The notes below the pieces were generated by a model, which saw only the letters and a list, made by a program, of their open reading frames with translations, did no database searches and was not told the origin of the DNA. This document shows positions 1 through 7,829 of a stretch of 39,370 bases of DNA, in pieces. The stretch is from the UHGV virus genome UHGV-0386856, one strand, 5' to 3'. The position numbers and the translations under genes are program-made. This stretch comes from a virus. How positions within the stretch are numbered: position 1 is the first letter of the stretch; each line of letters opens with the position of its first letter.

Positions 1-165
1 CCGAGCGTTACCGTATACCTGAGCGTCACCGGATACCTGAGCGTTACCGTATACCCGAGCGTTACCGTATACCCGAGCGTTACCGTATACCCGAGCGTTA
101 CCGTATACCCGAGCGTTACCGTATACCTGAGCGTCACCGGATACCCAAGCGTTACCGGACTGATC
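1..165. repeat. 18-bp tandem DNA repeats (about 8.5 units; minus-sense GTATACGGTAACGCTCGG / GTATCCGGTGACGCTCAG variants) inside the hexapeptide-repeat gene
   Basis: Direct reading shows units at 1-18, 19-36 ... 127-144 and a degenerate unit 145-162. The same unit family occurs at 39227..39370. Confidence 0.95.
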
Positions 166-300
166 AAGGTTCTCTTCTTTCTCTACAAGGCCACCCAATT
201 CTCCTTCTTTTACGTCACCAAACGACACAAGAGCCTTGATTCTAAAGAGCTTCTTTCCTAAAAAAGTTACAAATTCGCTGGTTAATTCAAATTTTTTCAT
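1..300 (-). CDS. Hexapeptide tandem-repeat protein, N-terminal part; ORF runs off position 1 and continues in phase at 39370 (one gene = complement(join(38996..39370,1..300)), about 224 aa)
   Basis: ATG at 300..298 preceded by AAAGGAGAG (7-nt spacer). Translation MKKFELTSEFVTFLGKKLFRIKALVSFGDVKEGELGGLVEKEENLDQSGNAWVSGDAQ, then V-[YS]-G-[ND]-A-[RQ] hexads encoded by 18-bp tandem repeats. No stop before position 1 and the codon phase ends exactly at position 1. Confidence 0.75.
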   Translation of the reverse strand, partial: MKKFELTSEFVTFLGKKLFRIKALVSFGDVKEGELGGLVEKEENLDQSGNAWVSGDAQVYGNARVYGNARVYGNARVYGNARVYGNAQVSGDAQVYGNAR

Positions 301-347
301 TTACATTTCTCTCCTTTTCGTCTACAATTTAAATGATTTAATTTCTT

Positions 348-388
348 GAGTGCTCGAGGGTTGCCGCCCTGTGACAGCACTCTTTTTT
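348..388 (+). terminator. Stem-loop (GAGTGCT...AGCACTC 7-bp stem with inner AGGG/CCCT) followed by TTTTTT on the plus strand; orientation odd relative to flanking minus-strand genes
   Basis: 348-354 pairs with 376-382; T-run 383-388; A-run precedes it on the minus strand. Confidence 0.3.
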
Positions 389-575
389 AATACCCGACTG
401 CTAGATACCACGCCAGCATCACCAAGATAAACCCGATCACTGCCACTCCAGCTCTGATCCAGTAAGGCTTGTCCTTTTCTTCTGGCAGCTCTACGGAGAC
501 TGACCGGATATCCCAACTGTTTAAAGCGTTGGGCTGTTGAGTAGTCTGGCAATGGTAAGTTCCTTTAATTTCCAT
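387..575 (-). CDS. Small membrane protein (62 aa, C-terminal hydrophobic segment GVAVIGFILVMLAWYLAVGY)
   Basis: ORF with strong RBS AAAGGAGGAAGAACATGG upstream of the ATG at 575. Confidence 0.65.
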   Translation of the reverse strand: MEIKGTYHCQTTQQPNALNSWDIRSVSVELPEEKDKPYWIRAGVAVIGFILVMLAWYLAVGY

Positions 576-750
576 GTTCTTCCTCCTTTAATTTCACGGA
601 TTTTCTTCCTTGATACTCCAGTTCCCTGCAGTAATTGTTTAAACAGGCGATTGCGTGCAACTTTTGCTCCTCAGAATACCAACCAAACCTTTCTGTGGAT
701 TCCAGTGTCTGGATAAATTTCTCGATCTTGTTTACTGTTAGCCTTTTCAT
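565..750 (-). CDS. Hypothetical small protein (61 aa)
   Basis: RBS GGGAGGACAAGCTATG upstream of 750; stop overlaps the RBS region of the next gene. Confidence 0.6.
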   Translation of the reverse strand: MKRLTVNKIEKFIQTLESTERFGWYSEEQKLHAIACLNNYCRELEYQGRKSVKLKEEEHGN

Positions 751-772
751 AGCTTGTCCTCCCTTCTACCGC

Positions 773-931
773 CTAGGCGGTTTCCTCTTTTCGTATCAAT
801 GCTCCCTGAATAATCCGACAACATCCATCTATAAGTTTTTTGACTTCCTCTTCTGTGCGATCCACATAACAATCATCATGCACTCGGATTGTTGCATTTT
901 TTACTTTTACTGTTTCTACGATCAAAATCAT
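773..931 (-). CDS. Hypothetical small protein (52 aa, MILIVETVKVKNATIRVHDDCYVDRTEEEV...); ORF track gives a longer 773..985 version
   Basis: Internal ATG at 931..929 has RBS AGAGAGGTG 5 nt upstream; the upstream extension to 985 lacks a convincing RBS. Confidence 0.5.
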   Translation of the reverse strand: MILIVETVKVKNATIRVHDDCYVDRTEEEVKKLIDGCCRIIQGALIRKEETA

Positions 932-987
932 CACCTCTCTACTATGTATGCCAGATGGATTGTCCGAGGCATGTTGTCCATCCACTC

Positions 988-1173
988 TTATTTGTGATTC
1001 GTTCCAAATCTATCAATTATCATGTTTGTCATCGAGGTGACAAAGTCCATGTTGACATCAAGTAAATGATCAACAGCTTTTTGGATAATGCTCATAGACT
1101 CCCGTGTCACCACAAGACTTGTAACGATTGTTGTTATGATCGAGCAGATGATGCTTGCTATTACAATTTCCAT
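988..1173 (-). CDS. Small membrane protein (61 aa, hydrophobic N-terminus)
   Basis: RBS GGGAGGATTGACATGG before the ATG at 1173. Confidence 0.6.
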   Translation of the reverse strand: MEIVIASIICSIITTIVTSLVVTRESMSIIQKAVDHLLDVNMDFVTSMTNMIIDRFGTNHK

Positions 1174-1187
1174 GTCAATCCTCCCTG

Positions 1188-1949
1188 CTACGCCACTCCG
1201 TATTTAATAGCCAACTCTTTTACAATAGCCGTATATCCCTCAATCAGCTTCTTATCATCGGCAATCACATCAAGATAATTCAATTTGTCTCTTCTGGATT
1301 TGCAAACACCCTCATCTGCCATTCTTCTACGTTTGTTTGTGAGCCTCTGCTTCACATTCACTCCCATGCGTTTTTCCAACAGCTGATAAGATTCCGCTCT
1401 TACATCTTGATAGGACTTACTGTCTCCGCACTCCATACCGATTTTTCTCAAGATTCTTCCGGTATCATCTCTCCATGATGTTGTATCGATTGCAACAACC
1501 TCACGGATGCTTTCAATCCGTTCTTCCACGTGCTCAAGCTTCTCTGCCTGACGCTTCTGCTCAATTTCCAAGTTAATCATGACCTGCAACTGCGGTGAGA
1601 GTTCCTGTGTGGCAAGAGACGCCGCTTTGTATTTCTTTTCTACCCGAATGAAATATCTGCGTACTTGTTTTCCTTTTTCATTCCGTTCAAGCATTGCCAT
1701 TTCTTTGGCAGCATCTAGTTTGATGATATGGTCTTTTTTAGTCTGACCGGAAGGTGCCGAAAATTCGGCGGCTTGGAAATCTTCGTTTTCTACTGCGTCA
1801 ATATCTAACAATCTCCTATCAATCCACTCTCTATATCTACTTTTAACTCCCAGAACCTCATGCAGTTCTGAACCGTATACTACTTTTTCTCCTGTGCTCG
1901 TCTCATATACTGGGACAAGTTCGTTCTCAATTACTGTTAAATTGTTCAT
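1188..1949 (-). CDS. Phage antirepressor (Ant/ORF6N-like N-terminal domain with ORF6C-like C-terminal domain)
   Basis: NLTVIENELVPVYETSTGEKVVYGSELHEVLGV N-terminal motif typical of ORF6N/AntA antirepressors. ATG at 1949 with RBS AAAAAGGAGAACAAAATG; the track's TTG start at 1973 is less likely. Confidence 0.75.
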   Translation of the reverse strand: MNNLTVIENELVPVYETSTGEKVVYGSELHEVLGVKSRYREWIDRRLLDIDAVENEDFQAAEFSAPSGQTKKDHIIKLDAAKEMAMLERNEKGKQVRRYFIRVEKKYKAASLATQELSPQLQVMINLEIEQKRQAEKLEHVEERIESIREVVAIDTTSWRDDTGRILRKIGMECGDSKSYQDVRAESYQLLEKRMGVNVKQRLTNKRRRMADEGVCKSRRDKLNYLDVIADDKKLIEGYTAIVKELAIKYGVA

Positions 1950-1962
1950 TTTGTTCTCCTTT

Positions 1963-2193
1963 TTAAAGTTCAATATTTTGAACTTTTTCTCTAAAAAAAT
2001 ATTTAGGTATGTCTTCCTGTGCCAAATCTAGAAGTTCTACTGCTTTACAGATATCCGTCTGCTTCCACGGTCTCTCACTACTCAATTTCAAGCAAAGCGT
2101 TCTTTCCGACCATTTCATAGCTTCCGCAAACCTATACTGAGTTCCAAACTTCTCAATTATCCGACCTTTTAATTTGTCATAATTGAATGCCAT
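1963..2193 (-). CDS. Cro-like early regulator (DUF739-type HTH, 76 aa) divergent from the repressor
   Basis: MAFNYDKLKGRIIEKFGTQYRFAEAM... resembles DUF739 phage HTH proteins. RBS AAAGGAGGATAATATG. Position divergent from the cI-like gene. Confidence 0.65.
   Translation of the reverse strand: MAFNYDKLKGRIIEKFGTQYRFAEAMKWSERTLCLKLSSERPWKQTDICKAVELLDLAQEDIPKYFFREKVQNIEL
1966..1985. promoter_or_regulatory. Operator-like palindrome AAGTTCAA-TATT-TTGAACTT (core GTTCAA-N4-TTGAAC) at the cro-like stop / ant RBS boundary
   Basis: Perfect 8-bp inverted arms; same half-site as the 2213..2228 operator. Confidence 0.5.
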
Positions 2194-2212
2194 ATTATCC
2201 TCCTTTCGCTCT

Positions 2213-2228
2213 GTTCAAACGTTTGAAC
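2213..2228. promoter_or_regulatory. Operator: perfect 16-bp palindrome GTTCAAACGTTTGAAC just downstream of the predicted cro-like promoter -10
   Basis: Perfect inverted repeat read directly; lies between the -10 (2236..2241) and the RBS of the cro-like gene. Confidence 0.6.
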
Positions 2229-2235
2229 CACTTGT

Positions 2236-2264
2236 ATCTTAACACCCACTTGTACCCTTGTCAA
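2236..2264 (-). promoter_or_regulatory. Predicted early (cro-like) promoter: -35 TTGACA (2264..2259), 17-nt spacer, -10 TAAGAT (2241..2236)
   Basis: Consensus -35, 17-bp spacing, 4/6 -10; followed by the operator and RBS. Confidence 0.45.
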
Positions 2265-2282
2265 TACAAAAGTTAATTTTTT

Positions 2283-2332
2283 TGAACTTTTTTGTTTTTC
2301 ATATTGAACTTTTGTTAAGTGTGTGATATATT
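2283..2332 (+). promoter_or_regulatory. Predicted repressor promoter: -35 TTGAAC (2304..2309), 17-nt spacer, -10 TATATT (2327..2332); TTGAACTTTT direct half-sites at 2283 and 2304 (21 bp apart)
   Basis: Spacing counted directly; the -35 doubles as an operator half-site. Confidence 0.45.
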
Positions 2333-2358
2333 TATAATCAGAAAGGCGGTACATTTAT

Positions 2359-2928
2359 ATGAAGAAAGAAAGCACTGCTACTAGGCTAAAAAAGATTATG
2401 GAGACAAAGGATCTTAGACAAGTAGACGTTCTGAAATTAACTGCACCATACTGTGAACAATATGGGATAAAAATGAACAAATCAGATATAAGTCAATACT
2501 GTTCTGGAAAAAATGAACCTAATCAAGAAAAACTGTTCGTTTTAGGAAAAGCATTAAACGTAAGCGAGTCATGGTTGATGGGATTTGACGTACCGATGGG
2601 ACGTAACGACTACGAATTTAAAGATGCGATTGGCCCTGATAACCTTTCGTTTAATAATGTTGAGGAATTCAAGAAAGCTTACGATCAAAGTATGTTCAGA
2701 AAAAACAGATTAGAATATAAGCTTTTAGAGAACATGAGAAAGCTAAATAATAATGGAAAGAAAAGTCTTTTGAATTATTCTGAAATATTACTTGGAAATC
2801 CGAATTTTATAGAATCCAACAATCATTTAGAAGTATTAGCAGCTCATGAACGAACCGACATTAAAGTAACAGATGAAATGAGAAAACACGATAAAGACAT
2901 CATGATGGATGACTCTGAATGGGAGTGA
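2359..2928 (+). CDS. XRE-family HTH repressor (ImmR/cI-like), 189 aa
   Basis: N-terminal HTH_XRE-like segment (RLKKIMETKDLRQVDVLKLT...ISQYCSGKNEP); paired with a downstream ImmA-like protease. Confidence 0.8.
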   Translation: MKKESTATRLKKIMETKDLRQVDVLKLTAPYCEQYGIKMNKSDISQYCSGKNEPNQEKLFVLGKALNVSESWLMGFDVPMGRNDYEFKDAIGPDNLSFNNVEEFKKAYDQSMFRKNRLEYKLLENMRKLNNNGKKSLLNYSEILLGNPNFIESNNHLEVLAAHERTDIKVTDEMRKHDKDIMMDDSEWE

Positions 2929-2932
2929 TACA

Positions 2933-3394
2933 ATGACGATTTATGAAGAACTTTTGGAAGAGGCGAATAATAGCGGACTGATTGTCCGCGAAAAGACTCT
3001 TTCCGGTAGTGACGGATTGATCTATAAAAATAGAATTGCAATATCAAACAGGTTGAAAACGTCCGCAGAAAAGGCTTGTGTTTTAGCTGAAGAAATCGGA
3101 CATCATCATACTGCTGTTGGCGATATATTTAATACGCAAAATATTGAAAATATGAAGCAAGAACAAAAAGGAAGATTGCACGGATACAATCGGATGATCG
3201 GATTGCGAGGTATCATATCAGCTTTTAATGCTGGATGCCAGAATAGATATGAAGTTGCAGAACATCTGCATGTCACAGAAGAATATCTGCAAGAAGCTAT
3301 TGACTGCTATACTGGAAAATATGGTAAATGTACTACTGTAGATAATTATGTTATTTATTTTATTCCTAATTTGGCAGTTATGGAAATGATATGA
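2933..3394 (+). CDS. ImmA/IrrE-family zinc metalloprotease (anti-repressor protease)
   Basis: HEXXH-type motif EEIGHHH. RBS GGGAGTGATACAATG at the ATG at 2933; overlaps the repressor stop; classic ImmR-ImmA pairing. Confidence 0.75.
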   Translation: MTIYEELLEEANNSGLIVREKTLSGSDGLIYKNRIAISNRLKTSAEKACVLAEEIGHHHTAVGDIFNTQNIENMKQEQKGRLHGYNRMIGLRGIISAFNAGCQNRYEVAEHLHVTEEYLQEAIDCYTGKYGKCTTVDNYVIYFIPNLAVMEMI

Positions 3395-3449
3395 GCGCAA
3401 ATGCGTTTATATAGAGTAAAGTGGTGTTAAAGTACAGAAGGAGGAGAAT

Positions 3450-4505
3450 ATGGAGTTTAACGAATCTATTAAACAATTTTCGGAACGTGTATCTATGATG
3501 AAAGATACTGTATCCACTGAAGAAGCGACAAAAATGTCTTTAATCGTACCGCTGTTTCAAATACTTGGGTATGATGTATTCAATCCGTTAGAATTTTGTC
3601 CGGAATATATCGCAGATGTTGGAATTAAAAAAGGGGAAAAGGTCGACTATGCAATTTTGGATAACGGAGAACCAAGTATTTTAATTGAATGCAAAAGTTG
3701 TTCTGAACAGTTAGACAAACATTCTTCTCAACTTTTCAGATATTTTGGTACATCTCCAGCTAAATTCGGAATTTTAACAAATGGACTGGTATATAGATTT
3801 TACACCGACCTAGAAGAAGCAAACAAGATGGATTTAGTGCCATTTCTTGAAATCAATATGATCAACTTAAAAGATTCTTCTATTAATGAGCTGAGAAAAT
3901 TCTGCAAAGAGAATTTTGACAAAGAAAAAATATTCAGCACAGCCGAAGAATTGAAGTATAGCTCTTTAATAAAAGGAGTTTTATCTGCTGAATTTGAAGC
4001 ACCATCGGAGGAATTTGTAAGACTTGTGCTTACAAACATATATGACGGACAAAAAAATCAGAGGGTAATCGAAAAATTTACTCCTGTTGTAAAAAGAGCG
4101 TTCTCTTCATTTGTCAATGAGATTGTCAATAACAAAATATCTTCAGCTCTTACAAAAGACAGCGATGATGTAAAAAACGAGACTGAAGAACTGCCAGAAG
4201 AACCAGTGTCAAAAATTGTAACTACAGAAGAAGAGATTGAAGCATTTTATATTATAAGGGGAATGCTTGCCGGATCAGTAGATGTTAATGATATTGTTCA
4301 CAGAGATACAGAAAGTTATTTCGGTATTTTATACAAAGATAATAACAGAAAGCCTATTTGTAGGATAAACCTCGATAAGAAAAACAAACAATTATTCATT
4401 CCAGACGAAAATAAAAAGATGGAACGATTTTACATCGAAACACTCAATGATCTATATAAGTATCGCGATCAGCTGATTGCAGTTGCAAAGCGATATATGG
4501 AGTAA
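3450..4505 (+). CDS. PD-(D/E)XK nuclease-like protein (type I restriction HsdR N-terminal-like domain) with an unknown C-terminal domain, 351 aa
   Basis: VDYAILDNGEPSILIECKS motif (D...E-C-K) typical of HsdR_N/Mrr-like nuclease folds; strong RBS GAAGGAGGAGAATATG. Confidence 0.65.
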   Translation: MEFNESIKQFSERVSMMKDTVSTEEATKMSLIVPLFQILGYDVFNPLEFCPEYIADVGIKKGEKVDYAILDNGEPSILIECKSCSEQLDKHSSQLFRYFGTSPAKFGILTNGLVYRFYTDLEEANKMDLVPFLEINMINLKDSSINELRKFCKENFDKEKIFSTAEELKYSSLIKGVLSAEFEAPSEEFVRLVLTNIYDGQKNQRVIEKFTPVVKRAFSSFVNEIVNNKISSALTKDSDDVKNETEELPEEPVSKIVTTEEEIEAFYIIRGMLAGSVDVNDIVHRDTESYFGILYKDNNRKPICRINLDKKNKQLFIPDENKKMERFYIETLNDLYKYRDQLIAVAKRYME

Positions 4506-4554
4506 TATGACTGCACTATAAAATAACAAGAAATACAGGAGAAAATAGGAATTT

Positions 4555-5046
4555 ATGAAAAAGAAAATTGTAACCATGTTGTTGATTGGAACTATGGCGT
4601 TGTCCATGACAGCGTGTGGCGGAGATAAAGAGCCAGAAAAAGAGAATACTGCGAAAACAGAAGCTACGGAAAAAGAACCGGAAGTCGAAGTGACGTATCA
4701 AAGTATTCTCGATGATTATACAAAAAAGATTGCTGATGCGACTCCGGGACTTGTGGAAGAATATAATAACGAAGCAGCTCCGATTGCCGGAGACTTAAAT
4801 GCGCTTGCTGAATTATCAAATAGCAAGGTTGAAAAACTGGCCGAGATTTCTAATCAGGGCGTTTCCGAAATGGCTACGCTAATGCAGAAGAATGGGGACG
4901 AGTACAGTGTTTATGAAGAATGGTCATTGAAATTAACTGACGTATACACCCAATACGCAAAGCAGATCACTGACGCATACACTTCTTCCGCTGCCGGTAT
5001 GAGTACGGAAGACTTAATGAACTCTCTCGATTCTTTAGGACAATAA
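4555..5046 (+). CDS. Lipoprotein (163 aa), signal peptide with lipobox LSMTAC-G
   Basis: MKKKIVTMLLIGTMALSMTACGGDK: signal peptide plus Cys. RBS AGGAGAAAATAGGAATTTATG. Confidence 0.75.
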   Translation: MKKKIVTMLLIGTMALSMTACGGDKEPEKENTAKTEATEKEPEVEVTYQSILDDYTKKIADATPGLVEEYNNEAAPIAGDLNALAELSNSKVEKLAEISNQGVSEMATLMQKNGDEYSVYEEWSLKLTDVYTQYAKQITDAYTSSAAGMSTEDLMNSLDSLGQ

Positions 5047-5220
5047 AATAAAAAACCGCCCCTGCGCCAACAGAGACGGTATACATATCCGAAGATATGC
5101 TATTGAAATCCACGAATATTGTATCATCTTCGGAAACAGCTTGCAAGCGGAACATATGTTTTGCGCTGGCTGTTATTTTTATACTCAAATTTAAATACAA
5201 TTACATAGGAGTGTGATACA

Positions 5221-6753
5221 ATGTCTTATTTTATCTATGCTAGAAAATCCAGAAAAGACGCCGAACTGGAAGCACTGGGGATTGATGTTCTGGAACGACA
5301 CATTACTACCCTGTTAGAGTTGGCAAAGACGCTCTCTCTTCCGATCGGTGCAATTTACAGAGAAGTTGTGTCTGGAGACAGTATTGATGCCCGTCCAGTC
5401 ATGACGCAAGTCCTATCCGAGGTAGAAGCCTGTATGTGGGATGGTGCCCTCGTAATGGACGTGGATCGTCTGGCCAGAGGTGATACGATCGATCAGGGAC
5501 GTGTGCAGCGTGCATTTTTTTATTCCAACACCCGGATTGTAACACCGAATAAAACCTACGATCCTGCAAATGAGTATGATAATGAGTACTTTGAGTTCAG
5601 TTTATTTATGAGCCGCCGGGAATACGCCACAATCAAGCGCCGGATGCAGCGTGGCAGGGAACGTTCCAGTTCTGATGGTTATTACGTTGGCAATGTTGCC
5701 CCTTATGGATGGGAGCGCGTCATTGCGCCGGATGGAAAACACTACTCTCTCGCCCCACATCAGACAGAAGCACCCGTCCTTGATCTAATGTATGATCTGT
5801 GCGGAAATAAGCAGTACGGATACCAAAAAGCCTGCACCTATATGACCAATATGGGAATCCTTGCAAGGAGCGGAAAGCCTTTTACACCCTCCACTTTAAA
5901 AGGGATCATATCGAATCCGGCAAACATCGGCAAAGTCCGCTGGGGGCATCGTAAGACTGTTAGAGCTGTAAAAGATGGTCGTGTGGTAAAGTCCCGCCCA
6001 AAAGCCACAGATTACATCCTCTCAGATGCGGCATGGGCGCCACGGATCAGTGCAGACTTATTTAAACGCGCGAACCAACCAAAAGGATGTTTTTCTGCTC
6101 CAGTTAGAAGCGACAGACCGATACAGAATCTGTTTGCAGGTCTGGTCAGATGCTCACAATGCGGCCGGCTTATGGTCCGTAAGAAAGCGCAAACAAAAAC
6201 ACCCTATGATATGCTGATATGCCAGTATGCGGAGTGCTCCACAGTCGGGATCCGGATCGATGAACTGGAAGAAGCTCTTCTGGGGTGGCTGAAAGACTAC
6301 ATAGCCAAATATGAATTTGCTGACACTCACGAGGAAGATACTGCCACGATTGCCGCAAAAGAATTGATCGTCACAAATTTTGAGACTGAACATCAGACGC
6401 TTTTGAAACAGAGAGAATCCTTATTTGATTTTTTAGAGCAGGGAATTTACACAAAAGAAATTTTTATTGAGCGTTCGAATGCGCTTGAGCAGCGGATCAG
6501 AGACTGCATGAATAACATCACTGCTGCCCGTGAAGATTTGCATACCACAATCGCAAGACAGGCAAACCGGAAGAATTTTGTGCCGAAGTGCAAGAATTTA
6601 TTGAGTGAGTGGGACTCTCTGACTGTCTCGGAAAAGAACAGCGCCTTGAGACAGCTGATTGACAGGATTGTTCTGACTAAGACGAAACGGAACAAGAAAA
6701 ACCAGAAAAACTCTGAATTTACAATCGATGTGTACCCGAAAGTGCCGAAATAA
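5221..6753 (+). CDS. Large serine recombinase (integrase), 510 aa
   Basis: N-terminal resolvase-like catalytic region (IYARKSRKD, candidate Ser10); C-terminal Cys cluster CSQCGRL...CQYAEC plus coiled-coil region typical of large serine integrases. RBS TAGGAGTGTGATACAATG. Confidence 0.85.
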   Translation: MSYFIYARKSRKDAELEALGIDVLERHITTLLELAKTLSLPIGAIYREVVSGDSIDARPVMTQVLSEVEACMWDGALVMDVDRLARGDTIDQGRVQRAFFYSNTRIVTPNKTYDPANEYDNEYFEFSLFMSRREYATIKRRMQRGRERSSSDGYYVGNVAPYGWERVIAPDGKHYSLAPHQTEAPVLDLMYDLCGNKQYGYQKACTYMTNMGILARSGKPFTPSTLKGIISNPANIGKVRWGHRKTVRAVKDGRVVKSRPKATDYILSDAAWAPRISADLFKRANQPKGCFSAPVRSDRPIQNLFAGLVRCSQCGRLMVRKKAQTKTPYDMLICQYAECSTVGIRIDELEEALLGWLKDYIAKYEFADTHEEDTATIAAKELIVTNFETEHQTLLKQRESLFDFLEQGIYTKEIFIERSNALEQRIRDCMNNITAAREDLHTTIARQANRKNFVPKCKNLLSEWDSLTVSEKNSALRQLIDRIVLTKTKRNKKNQKNSEFTIDVYPKVPK

Positions 6754-6775
6754 CGGTGCTTTCGGAGTATATTCA

Positions 6776-6827
6776 TTAGCTGCATCTTTTACGAGCATAT
6801 TCTTTCGCCCATCCAAGATGCAACTAA
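6776..6827. other. Candidate attP: 13-bp imperfect inverted repeat TTAGCTGCATCTT ... AAGATGCAACTAA flanking a 26-bp core, immediately 3-prime of the serine integrase gene
   Basis: Arms 6776..6788 and 6815..6827 match 12/13 as reverse complements; size and layout (about 52 bp) fit serine-integrase attP sites. Confidence 0.4.
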
Positions 6828-6879
6828 TCCACATTAAATAAGTAGTAACTTTTTGATAAAAATAAGATTGATACAATAT

Positions 6880-7059
6880 TCAGGACGGCAACTCCATCCG
6901 TCCAACACTCATATACGCCGCACGCAGAAAGGTGTGCATCATTTCGGTTGTCAGGATCATCCCTTCTGGCAACCGAAATTTAAAAGTATTTCCCGGTATC
7001 TCTAAAAACTCTTGGTATAATAAAAACGTATCGCAAGATTCGTAGATTTGGTATTCCAT
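6880..7059 (-). CDS. Hypothetical small protein (59 aa) convergent on the integrase; own promoter; candidate recombination directionality factor or regulator
   Basis: ATG at 7059 with RBS GAGGGGGG (7-nt spacer). Extended -10 TGCTATAAT on the minus strand at 7097..7089. Confidence 0.5.
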   Translation of the reverse strand: MEYQIYESCDTFLLYQEFLEIPGNTFKFRLPEGMILTTEMMHTFLRAAYMSVGRMELPS

Positions 7060-7088
7060 GATTATCCCCCCTCGCATTGACTACATAT

Positions 7089-7097
7089 ATTATAGCA
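7089..7097 (-). promoter_or_regulatory. Extended -10 promoter element TGCTATAAT for the 6880..7059 gene (no clear -35)
   Basis: Reverse complement of ATTATAGCA at 7089..7097, about 30 nt upstream of the ATG. Confidence 0.4.
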
Positions 7098-7150
7098 CAG
7101 CGGATCAGGTGCTGGGCTTGAAATTATTTTAAAAAGTTTTCGATTTGCTA

Positions 7151-7179
7151 TTGACTTTACGCCTTATGAGGCGTATAAT
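7151..7179 (+). promoter_or_regulatory. Consensus sigma-A promoter TTGACT-17-TATAAT with embedded 18-bp palindromic operator TACGCCT-TATG-AGGCGTA (7158..7175) in the spacer
   Basis: -35 7151..7156, -10 7174..7179, exact 17-nt spacer; perfect 7-bp inverted arms overlap the -10. Confidence 0.7.
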
Positions 7180-7213
7180 AAGACCATAAGATAAAGCGAA
7201 GGAGATATGAAAG

Positions 7214-7540
7214 ATGACAAGAAATGAAGCGATTGAAAAAATCATGGAACGAATCGAAGAAATCAAGGATGAATATGATTTTGGTTATATCGGAGTAAGA
7301 GTGCAAGAAGATGCGTTCGTTCTTGGGGAAATGCTTAACAACTCCTTTGCATGGGTGGATGGTGAAATGACAGAGGAAGAACTTAATGGAACATGCGCTG
7401 TAAAAATTGATGAAGCCGAGCTTGCAAAGGGATACTTCGGAGATCACGTTGCTATAATCGGCGGAGACTCTGCAGAATACGGACAGGATCTCGGTGAAAT
7501 CATCATCAGGAACGCAGAAGTACTTGAAATTGTATCATAG
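7214..7540 (+). CDS. Hypothetical acidic protein (108 aa), first gene of the accessory operon
   Basis: RBS GAAGGAGATATGAAAGATG; downstream of the consensus promoter. Confidence 0.65.
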   Translation: MTRNEAIEKIMERIEEIKDEYDFGYIGVRVQEDAFVLGEMLNNSFAWVDGEMTEEELNGTCAVKIDEAELAKGYFGDHVAIIGGDSAEYGQDLGEIIIRNAEVLEIVS

Positions 7541-7550
7541 GAGTAATAGT

Positions 7551-7829
7551 ATGAGAAGATATAGTGATTGCATGAGAACTGATGGTATGTGCGGAATATG
7601 CGCATTAACAAGCAGGGGCTTGGATTGTCACAACAACAGAATAAATGGCGTCATGTACAATAGGACATTGTCTGGAATGACACAGAAAGAACTTTCAGAG
7701 AAGACCGGAATCAACATCCGGCAAATACAGAAATATGAGTCTGGAGAGTACGATACTGGAAAAATGATGCTTAGGAACGCAATTGCTCTAGCAGATGCGC
7801 TGGGATGCGATGTGAGGGAATTATTGTAA
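7551..7829 (+). CDS. XRE-type HTH regulator with N-terminal Cys4 cluster (92 aa)
   Basis: ATG at 7551 with RBS AGGAGT; N-terminus C-x5-C-x2-C-x8-C, then LSGMTQKELSEKTGINIRQIQKYESGE HTH; the track's longer 7494 start lacks an RBS. Confidence 0.7.
   Translation: MRRYSDCMRTDGMCGICALTSRGLDCHNNRINGVMYNRTLSGMTQKELSEKTGINIRQIQKYESGEYDTGKMMLRNAIALADALGCDVRELL

Noticed and set aside
1-165. Regular short repeats at both ends considered as a CRISPR array
   Set aside because: Units are contiguous 18-mers with no spacers and lie in frame inside a coding sequence; this is a tandem coding repeat, not CRISPR
322-552. 76-aa minus-strand ORF (MPDYSTAQRFKQ...)
   Set aside because: Overlaps in another frame the better-supported 387..575 gene (strong RBS, membrane helix); Arg/Ala/Ser-rich off-frame composition
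2169-2354. 61-aa minus-strand ORF across the cro/repressor intergenic region
   Set aside because: Covers the operator/promoter region, no RBS, improbable composition
6026-6393. ORFs 6026..6217(+), 6154..6393(-), 6170..6358(-) and 6447..6876(-)
   Set aside because: Alternative-frame or antisense ORFs inside or overlapping the serine integrase gene; no start signals
7494-7550. Longer N-terminal extension of the XRE gene (track start 7494)
   Set aside because: No RBS; the internal ATG at 7551 has AGGAGT at proper spacing
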